DNA of 64,000 nucleotides from Opitutus sp. GAS368 (GTDB taxonomy: Bacteria > Verrucomicrobiota > Verrucomicrobiia > Opitutales > Opitutaceae). A model generated the notes under the pieces. That model saw only the letters and a program-made list of their open reading frames with translations. It was not told the DNA's origin and searched no databases. The position numbers were made by a program, and so were the translations under genes. Where the stretch lies: the NCBI GenBank assembly GCA_945861645.1, contig CAMAVZ010000006.1:9758-73757 (forward strand), in the 5' to 3' direction. Positions 30,246-37,378 of the stretch are shown piece by piece. Within the stretch, counting starts at the first letter, position 1. Each line of letters opens with the position of its first letter.

Positions 30246-30820
30246 CGGGAATCCTCCACGGCCGACGATGGCAGCGCTTCCAGCAAACCGCGCGCGGCAA
30301 AGAAGGCCGCAAACCGCCGCATGCCCTTTGCGATGTGCACCTTCACGGTCTCTGGCGAAATATTGAGCTGCACCCCAATTTCCTTATACGCCATCCCATC
30401 GAGATAACGGAGCATGATGACTTGTCGGCAGCGGTCTGGCAGCGCCCGCACGGCTTCGGCGAGCACTTCGAGCTCGTAATTTTGGTCCATCTGCTCACCC
30501 GCCCCGGGTTGATCCTCCAAGACTATGAGCTCAACCAGATCCGTCACGGCCTCGGTCGGCTTCGTACCCCGGCGGCGGAAGAGATCGAAGGCGACGTTGC
30601 GGGCGGCGGTAAAAAGAAACGCCTTTGTGTAGCGCACTCCGCCATTGGCCTTCGCGCGGAGGAGGCGCGTGTAGGTTTCCTGCACAAGATCGTCGGGATC
30701 GCCGAGAGTGGGGAAACGCGCCTGCAAGTATGCCCGCAGCGCCGCTTCATGGGGCTGGACCTCCTCGGCAAACCAACGGGTTTGTTCAGACGCAAGCATA
30801 AGGCTGGGGGGAGCATGCAT
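30242..30820 (-). CDS. ECF RNA polymerase sigma factor (FecI-like)
   Basis: DDLVQETY region 2, LPDRCRQV..GMAYKEI region 4; ATGA overlap with fecR. Confidence 0.93.
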   Translation of the reverse strand: MHAPPSLMLASEQTRWFAEEVQPHEAALRAYLQARFPTLGDPDDLVQETYTRLLRAKANGGVRYTKAFLFTAARNVAFDLFRRRGTKPTEAVTDLVELIVLEDQPGAGEQMDQNYELEVLAEAVRALPDRCRQVIMLRYLDGMAYKEIGVQLNISPETVKVHIAKGMRRFAAFFAARGLLEALPSSAVEDSR

Positions 30821-30890
30821 CCACCCGGATTTTGGGGATGTCGAGCGAATTTTGGGCGAAAACTCGGTTCTAAAACTATTTCTTATTACC

Positions 30891-30919
30891 GATAACCCGA
30901 ATGCCCTGCGGCTGCGTCT
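30891..30919 (+). promoter_or_regulatory. Putative ECF promoter copy 3 (orphan, divergent from the sigma gene)
   Basis: GATAACC-CGAATGCCCTGCGGCTG-CGTCT. Confidence 0.6.
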
Positions 30920-31048
30920 TTATCTGCCCTGATTGCACCGTGCCTTGGTGCCCATTGTAAAAAAGCAGTCGGTCGCGACGAACGATCCGGCGAGTCAAAG
31001 GGAGGGAGGAATGAAAAGGAGACATGGGGAACGAGGGGTTGAAAAAAA

Positions 31049-31339
31049 TCAGGTGGCCATGCGCCGCGCGGCGAGTTGCGCCCGCAACGCCAGTTCCGCG
31101 GCCTTGAACGCGTGTGCCTCGGCCTCCATCAGGGCGGTGCACATGCGGTTGATGTGGCCGTGGTCGAGATGCGCCGCCGCAAAGACGAACTCCCCCGACT
31201 CCACGACCGGGTTCGGTTTGCTGCGCCGGGCGTAATTCATCTCGTCGGCTTTGCGGTCAAGGGCCTGGACGATCGGCGACGAGAGCCCTCCGGCGGCGAG
31301 GGCTGCGGCAGACTGCGTGAGAAATTTACGGCGATTCAT
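31049..31339 (-). pseudogene. Internally deleted Tat-exported Gfo/Idh/MocA oxidoreductase
   Basis: MNRRKFL Tat signal, NYA..KPNPVV..GEFVFAA..LDHGHI N-terminus fused in frame to C-terminal HAFKAAELAL. Confidence 0.72.
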
Positions 31340-31394
31340 GGGGTAAACGGGGGAGCTGGCTCAATAAATCATCTTCGGAAACACATCGCCCTTA

Positions 31395-31577
31395 GGCGAA
31401 GCTGATAATGATGCGATCAAAGTAGGCGAAAAAATAGCACAAGACGATGATCGGGTGGTTCAAAGCGAGGAGATGCGCGTGCGAGATGGAAGATCGCGGA
31501 GAGGGTAGAAGCAGGTGTTGGGTCGCACCGAACAGAGACGCAGCTGGGGCGTTTTCGGGTTATCACGGGCGAAAAAT
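31395..31577 (-). repeat. Inverted repeat, right copy (183 bp), includes a second MFS 5' fragment
   Basis: Reverse complement of 19865-20080 lacking 33 bp; reads MNHPIIVLCYFFAYFDRIIISFA*. Confidence 0.92.
31536..31564 (-). promoter_or_regulatory. Putative ECF promoter copy 4
   Basis: GATAACC-CGAAAACGCCCCAGCTG-CGTCT on minus strand. Confidence 0.62.
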
Positions 31578-31685
31578 TCTCCTGACAATTCCTGTACCGA
31601 ATTAGGGCCTTTTCTGACCTTTCCAGTCCACTCCAGTCCACTCGCTCTCCTATAACAGCGTTTTTTCAGAGGGAGTATTGACGCA

Positions 31686-31741
31686 TTCAACTCCCCTCAC
31701 CTCCACCATTTTATTAGTTCAGCATGACATTGACGATGGCG
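31686..31741 (+). repeat. attR: 56-bp direct repeat copy 2 (tmRNA 3' fragment plus OPT gene end)
   Basis: Exact match to 19251-19306. Confidence 0.95.
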
Positions 31742-33699
31742 TTGCCGATGCCGACTAAAGCCGCGCCGGCAATGAGCCCAGCGCAGATCGGTTCGCAGCC
31801 TTCGACCCAGAAAGCGTGGCCCTTCGTCCCGGGCGTGGAATTTTTCCGGCCATACCACCAGAAAATCAAGGCCCCCACCCACATCGCAAAACTGGCATCA
31901 GGCGGCAGTACCACGCCTAGCCCGATCGAAACCGCCGACAGAGGAAAACGGCCCTTGGTTACCATTCGCGTGACCTCAATCAACAAGGCCGCCACCGCGG
32001 CGACCGCCATCGCAATAATGGCCGAGGACGGCAGGGTTTTTAGCCCATTGGCGATTAGGTCGGCTACGCCTTTCCATTGTAAGGCCGCCGGCATTGCAAA
32101 TTGATCTGAGACCAGCGTCGAAACTGAACGCGTTCCATCAGCCGCCTTCGGCAAAAATAGTAAGTAAAAAAGCGGTACGGCCGAAAGCGCGCCCGCAAAA
32201 ATCCCAATCACATGGCCGATAGCCTGCTGCCGCGGCTTAGCCCCGAGCATGTAACCCGGTTTGATATCAGAAAGTAAATTAGCCGCATTCGCCGCTATCT
32301 CTGAGGTCATTCCCGCTGGAATCAAGTTACTCGCCGGATTGGTCCGATCAATGGCGCCCATTGAAAATTGGGTGATTTTAGCCAGCGAACCTGTCGGGGT
32401 CCACGAAGTGAGCGCCATCGAGTTCGTCGCAATGACCGCAAGAATAGCGATCAGCGGGAAGGAGATGAAGGCGAGCAACCAAGGCACGCCGAAAAACCAA
32501 TGCGAAACGCCCGCGCCTAATACGCAAAAAATAGGCACGCCCACGGCCGACAGCCACAAGGGGAGTTCAATTTTTTTGAGCACATCAACCCCCGGAGAGC
32601 CGGCCACGACGGCCGGCTTCGACTTAAAGAGGCCCCGGATCAATTCAGGTTTACCCAGTAAACTGACCATGGAGCCAACGACCATCAATGACACGCCCCA
32701 CCACAGGGCCCATTGATTAACAATTTCCCCGCGCGTGATCTGCACGAGCACCCCCGTCGGCGCCGTGTACGCTTTAATGTCACCCCGCTGAATCATGATG
32801 GGGGCAAGAATGAAAAAATTAATAAAAGCTCCGAGCATAACGCTCGAGGCGATCCGAATACCCATTAAACCACCTACCCCCAGCATGGCGGCATCAAGCG
32901 TCACGCGCAGCCCGAGCTGGCGAATATCTGTGCCCAGAATGCGCGGGATCATCGCGGGATATTTTACGGCGAAGTTGTAATAATATGTATCGAGGCGCTC
33001 ATGCAAAGTCCAAGGCTCCTGCAGTCCAGCCCACCGGTCTAAACGCAGAATTTTAAACTGCAGCACCTTCATCCAACCATCGCTGGTCAAGAATTGGTAG
33101 AACCCGGTGAAGAGCGCGGTCACTCCGAGCAATTTTGCCTTCAACATTCCTGTATCGCCCTGTCCGTGGTAAAGCGCGTCGAGCACCACGCCCGCCGCCC
33201 GGCCTTCCGGAAAGGGCAACTGTTCGTCATTAATAAAACGGCGCTTGAGCGGAAAGGCCAACAAGACCCCCAAAATCGATACCACCACCAACCACGCCAG
33301 AATATGCCACGCGGGAATAATTTTCCCGGTCACCATCATGTAAGCTGCTAAAGCGGAAATAAGCGGCGAGGTCATGTACCCGGCGGCGGTCGCAATCGAC
33401 TGCGTGCAATTGTTTTCAAGAATGGTAAAATCTTTGGCGATACCGCTCTGCGCTAAAATCCGGTAAAAAGCGAAAGCCAGAATAACCGACGTCAGCCCCA
33501 CGCCGGTGGTGATGCCCGTTTTGCCGCCGATATAAAGATTGGTCGCCGCCAAAATTCCCCCGAGGAGGAAGCCAGTGAGGGCAGACCGCAAGGTGAGCTG
33601 CGGCATATCACCGCGATAAATATTTTTTAACCACCACTCATCTTTTTGCTCCCGCGACCAAGTTTTGATTTGTTCATCATTCAGCTGCTGCAAGGCCAT
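31714..33699 (-). CDS. OPT/YSL family oligopeptide transporter
   Basis: QLTLRS, NLYIGGK, LENNCTQSIATAAG, LPFPEG, SDIKPGYMLGAKPR. Confidence 0.93.
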   Translation of the reverse strand: MALQQLNDEQIKTWSREQKDEWWLKNIYRGDMPQLTLRSALTGFLLGGILAATNLYIGGKTGITTGVGLTSVILAFAFYRILAQSGIAKDFTILENNCTQSIATAAGYMTSPLISALAAYMMVTGKIIPAWHILAWLVVVSILGVLLAFPLKRRFINDEQLPFPEGRAAGVVLDALYHGQGDTGMLKAKLLGVTALFTGFYQFLTSDGWMKVLQFKILRLDRWAGLQEPWTLHERLDTYYYNFAVKYPAMIPRILGTDIRQLGLRVTLDAAMLGVGGLMGIRIASSVMLGAFINFFILAPIMIQRGDIKAYTAPTGVLVQITRGEIVNQWALWWGVSLMVVGSMVSLLGKPELIRGLFKSKPAVVAGSPGVDVLKKIELPLWLSAVGVPIFCVLGAGVSHWFFGVPWLLAFISFPLIAILAVIATNSMALTSWTPTGSLAKITQFSMGAIDRTNPASNLIPAGMTSEIAANAANLLSDIKPGYMLGAKPRQQAIGHVIGIFAGALSAVPLFYLLFLPKAADGTRSVSTLVSDQFAMPAALQWKGVADLIANGLKTLPSSAIIAMAVAAVAALLIEVTRMVTKGRFPLSAVSIGLGVVLPPDASFAMWVGALIFWWYGRKNSTPGTKGHAFWVEGCEPICAGLIAGAALVGIGNAIVNVMLN

Positions 33700-33901
33700 A
33701 AGGGGTGATTTTAGGGGTTAACGCTCGAAGGGCATAACTTCCTCTGGGGAAATATGACCTGCGCAACTTGCAGACTTCCTACCATTCAGGCAACCTGTCT
33801 TCTCGCTCGGTCCCGAATTTTTAAAACTCCTGCTCACCGGATAACCCGCCTAAACAGGGGTGGACGACTTTAGCGATAATCGTTAGTTTTCTCTTTGTAC
33901 C

Positions 33902-35461
33902 ATGGTCTCACCAAAAAATAAAATTCCGGCTACTTCCGCGGCGGCTCCACCGTTATTTAACTGGCTACAAACTCGCGCCGCCGGCGTCCTCCTGCATCCA
34001 ACGAGTCTACCCAGTGAGCAGGGTTGCGGGGTGTTAGATCACCACGCGATTAAGTTTCTGGATTTCTTGCAAGCAGCCGGAATGAAATACTGGCAGGTTT
34101 GCCCGCTTGGTCCTACGGGCTACGGTGACTCACCGTACCAATGCTTCTCGGCTTTCGCCGGCAATCCCTACCTCGTCGATCTGACCGCACTGATTCCCCT
34201 CGGCTTATTGACCGCTGCTGACCTGACCCCTTTGGCGACGCTGTCCGCGGACCACACCGACTATGGCGCACTCTACCAAATTAAACCGCAATTATTGCAG
34301 CAGGCTTACCGCCAATACCAAATTGTGCGACCAGCACTGCCCTATGGTGATTTTACCGCGTTCTGTAAAAAAAATGCGGCGTGGCTCGATGCTTACGTTT
34401 ATTTTCACGCGCTGAAGTCTCACCATGCGGGATTGCCCTGGTGGGAATGGCCGGCCGAAACACGCGATTACCGGCGCGCCTTGAAATCCCCGCTTCGTCA
34501 TAGCCTCGCTGAGGCGCAGGCCAGCTGCCGGTTCGCCCAATATCTTTTTTTTGGTCAATGGGCCTTGCTGCGCGCCGCCGGCCGTGAGCGCGGCATTGAA
34601 ATTATTGGTGACTTACCGATTTTTGTGGCGGGCGATTCTGCCGATGCGTGGGCGCACCCAGAGCTTTTTGAGCTAGACCAAAAAACTTTTCTGCCGCTCG
34701 CGGTGGCGGGCGTCCCGCCTGATTATTTTTCTGCGGACGGACAATTTTGGGGCAACCCCCTTTATCGTTGGCCCGCCCATCAAGCGGACGGCTATCGTTG
34801 GTGGCTCGCGCGCTTACGCGCCGCCTTCGCCTGCTGTGACATTATTCGCCTCGATCATTTTCGCGGGTTTGAGGCCTACTGGCGAATTCCACTCCCCGCG
34901 CAAAATGCCCGCATTGGCGCGTGGGTCGCGGGCCCGGGGCTCGACCTCTTTCGTGCGTTCCAACGCGAATTACCGACCGCGCGGATAATCGCGGAAGATC
35001 TCGGCGTGCTTTCCCCAGCGGTGGTGCAATTGCGGCAAGCGACGGGCCTGCCGGGCATGCTCGTCTTGCAATTTGCCTGGGGCCGCGACGCCCAGAACAA
35101 TTACCTGCCGCATAATGCTGAGCCCAATGCAGTAATTTACTCCGGCACGCATGATAACGACACAACACGCGGCTGGTATGAATCAGCGAGTGAAGCGGAG
35201 CGCAATCACGTCCGCCGCTATCTCCGGGTCGCGGGCACCGACATCTCTTGGGATTTTATTCGCGCCTGCTACGCGAGTGTCGCGCGCCTCGCGATTATTC
35301 CGCTCACCGATATTTTCGCGCTCGGCGCGAACGCGCGTTTCAACACCCCCGCTCGCGCCACGGGTAATTGGCAGTGGCGGTATCGCGCGGCCGCGCTGGA
35401 AAAATTAAATCTTAACTCCGCGGCTTATCTGCGCGAACTCGCGCAACTTTTTCTTCGCTGA
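33902..35461 (+). CDS. malQ: 4-alpha-glucanotransferase (GH77)
   Basis: GVLLHPTSLP, GVPPDYFS, RLDHFRGF, AEDLG, GTHDNDT. Confidence 0.96.
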   Translation: MVSPKNKIPATSAAAPPLFNWLQTRAAGVLLHPTSLPSEQGCGVLDHHAIKFLDFLQAAGMKYWQVCPLGPTGYGDSPYQCFSAFAGNPYLVDLTALIPLGLLTAADLTPLATLSADHTDYGALYQIKPQLLQQAYRQYQIVRPALPYGDFTAFCKKNAAWLDAYVYFHALKSHHAGLPWWEWPAETRDYRRALKSPLRHSLAEAQASCRFAQYLFFGQWALLRAAGRERGIEIIGDLPIFVAGDSADAWAHPELFELDQKTFLPLAVAGVPPDYFSADGQFWGNPLYRWPAHQADGYRWWLARLRAAFACCDIIRLDHFRGFEAYWRIPLPAQNARIGAWVAGPGLDLFRAFQRELPTARIIAEDLGVLSPAVVQLRQATGLPGMLVLQFAWGRDAQNNYLPHNAEPNAVIYSGTHDNDTTRGWYESASEAERNHVRRYLRVAGTDISWDFIRACYASVARLAIIPLTDIFALGANARFNTPARATGNWQWRYRAAALEKLNLNSAAYLRELAQLFLR

Positions 35462-35569
35462 TTTTTTTAGAAAAAAATTAAATTTTGGCGGATTTTTTGG
35501 ATAAAATAAATCTGCCCGAAATGAAAAATTATTAGTGCAACTCAGCGGAACATGACTGATACTGACTGC

Positions 35570-35608
35570 ATGGCCAAAAAGAAACCTGCTAAGAAGAAGA
35601 AGAAGTAA
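35570..35608 (+). CDS. Putative Lys-rich micro-protein MAKKKPAKKKKK
   Basis: ATG GCC AAA AAG AAA CCT GCT (AAG)5 TAA, with GTGCAA-N17-GATACT upstream and a terminator downstream. Confidence 0.55.
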   Translation: MAKKKPAKKKKK

Positions 35609-35634
35609 CGCTTGCGTTGCTCCTTTCTCCCCTC

Positions 35635-35664
35635 AACGCCGGCCTAAACAGCCGGCGTTTTTTT
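35635..35664 (+). terminator. Intrinsic terminator
   Basis: AACGCCGGC-CTAAACA-GCCGGCGTT-TTTTT. Confidence 0.85.
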
Positions 35665-35691
35665 ACGCCCTAATTTTAGCCGCCCACTCAG

Positions 35692-36423
35692 TTATTTAAC
35701 GGCCGCCCAAACGCGCTGCACGTCGTCGTGATCTTCGAGCGCCTGCAAAAATTCGCCGACCTGCGCCCGCGTGGCTTCATCGAGCTCCGGAAAAGTTTTG
35801 GCGGTGTACCCAATTTCACTGGTGATCACCGACCAGCCGTGCTGCTTCAACCACACGGAGACCGCATGCACCGCCGTCCGCTCGGTGATAAACCGCACGC
35901 CATTACTGCCCTCAGGAATATCATCGTTCTGCGCATGGGCTAAGGCCTCATAATCATTCGCCCCCGCTTCAATGGCCACCCCCTCGAGGTCGATACTGCG
36001 ATCGGCATGGTGCGCTTCCACTAAGCCTACGTGATCAAAAAGAAATTTATTACTGCCGGCCGTCCCGAGCACACCTTGTTTGAAGAGATACCGAATCTCG
36101 GGGGTAATGCGCTGATGATTGTCCGTCATGCACTCCACAATCACGGCGACCTTATGCGGCGCGTAGCCCTCAAAGATAACGTGATCGAGATGCATTTTTT
36201 CGCTGCCGGTGCCGGCGCCTTTGGCGATGCCACGCTCAATGACATCGCGCGTTACGCTGGCTTTCTTCGCCTTCTCAATCGCCGCATGCAGCCGCGCATT
36301 GCCTTCGGGATCCCCGCCGCCCATTTTGGCGGCGACCGTAATTTCCTTCACCAGCTTGCCGACCGTTTGGCCTTTTCTTAAATTAACGATCGCGCGTTTT
36401 GCATGCAGCCATTGACGTCCCAT
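35692..36423 (-). CDS. yebC: YebC/PmpR family protein
   Basis: MGRQW, GGGDPEGNARL, EGYAPHKVA, TDNHQR, LEDHDDVQRV; ATG 36423. Confidence 0.93.
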   Translation of the reverse strand: MGRQWLHAKRAIVNLRKGQTVGKLVKEITVAAKMGGGDPEGNARLHAAIEKAKKASVTRDVIERGIAKGAGTGSEKMHLDHVIFEGYAPHKVAVIVECMTDNHQRITPEIRYLFKQGVLGTAGSNKFLFDHVGLVEAHHADRSIDLEGVAIEAGANDYEALAHAQNDDIPEGSNGVRFITERTAVHAVSVWLKQHGWSVITSEIGYTAKTFPELDEATRAQVGEFLQALEDHDDVQRVWAAVK

Positions 36424-36549
36424 AAGACCATGAGCGTTAGCTGATCCAACCCCGCCGGGCAAGGCCGAAGAATCTTGGCCTCTCGTCCGCCTACTCTACT
36501 TGACCAAGCGGCTTTGCTTTTAATCTAAAACCAGCTAAGTTTGGTTACG

Positions 36550-36822
36550 ATGTTTGCCGATTTTTTTCATTTTAAATCCCGCCGCAATTCGCGGGATTAC
36601 CCTGATCCAATCATCACAGCGGTCGTCGTTCGCCCTCCAGAACCACGCAATCCCCGCGTAGAAAAAATTATCCTACTGTGCTGGGGTCTCATCGCAGTAA
36701 AGCATATTGCGGTGATCTGGGCGGTGTCGCATTACGCCGTGCCTTTCCATCAGCTCTGGATTAATGGCCCAACCTTCTTGCTCGGGCTCCTCGCCACGCT
36801 CGTTTATTACGGGGACGAGTAA
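36550..36822 (+). CDS. Small membrane hypothetical protein
   Basis: Two TM helices; fills the gap upstream of the DUF5069 gene. Confidence 0.6.
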   Translation: MFADFFHFKSRRNSRDYPDPIITAVVVRPPEPRNPRVEKIILLCWGLIAVKHIAVIWAVSHYAVPFHQLWINGPTFLLGLLATLVYYGDE

Positions 36823-36927
36823 GCACCGTTTTTGATTGGGGCTTTTAGTATTTAGCTGCTGACTATAGTCCGCTGCCCTCAGCTTTTCGGTTGGGGGACT
36901 AACTCCATCCATTAATTCTTCATTATT

Positions 36928-37374
36928 ATGCCCGCCGTTCCTGGTCTCCGTAGTAACTACCTAAAAACTGGCCGCTTGGTTTATTTTGGCCGCATGTTGG
37001 ACAAAATTCGCCTGCAGGCCGTCGGCCAGCTGCCGGCGGATTACGTCGGTAACCTCAGCAAAGGCTTTGACCTCCGCTGCTGTAATTTCTTGCGCGTGCC
37101 GTACGCCACTCTGCAGGCGCGCACACTCACCGGCGGCACGGATGAAGAGATTCTCGCTTGGGCCTTCGCGACGGGTGGCGCGCGCACGGACGAAGAATGC
37201 CTCGCTTGGAATTCGTTTCTCATGAAACGCGGCTGGCGCGATGACGGCAGCGCTACCCTTAAGTCGCGCATCAAAGAATTTGGCCTTGAGGGAAAACCCA
37301 TCGAAACTTTTTTTGATCTTAACGAATTTGACGAAGGTCGCGATCCCGTCGCCGCCCAAGCTTGGTTACCTTAA
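36928..37374 (+). CDS. DUF5069 domain protein
   Basis: LRS..GRLVYFGRMLDKIRL..G.LP..Y..GFD..FL, C-terminal FDLNEFDEGR. Confidence 0.78.
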   Translation: MPAVPGLRSNYLKTGRLVYFGRMLDKIRLQAVGQLPADYVGNLSKGFDLRCCNFLRVPYATLQARTLTGGTDEEILAWAFATGGARTDEECLAWNSFLMKRGWRDDGSATLKSRIKEFGLEGKPIETFFDLNEFDEGRDPVAAQAWLP

Positions 37375-37378
37375 CCCG

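Larger units (their letters stand above)
19251..31741. mobile_element. tmRNA-integrated genomic island (~12.4 kb), no integrase visible
   Basis: Bounded by the 56-bp direct repeat starting in the tmRNA T-loop; cargo visibly more GC-rich than the flanks; several pseudogenes. Confidence 0.88.

Noticed and set aside
19865-31577. Composite transposon or IS interpretation of the inverted repeat
   Set aside because: No transposase and no target-site duplication; the repeat consists of promoter and MFS sequence
33840-33870. GATAACCCG upstream of malQ as a fifth ECF site
   Set aside because: The -10 element does not match (ACGAC at N17; CGACT only at N18)
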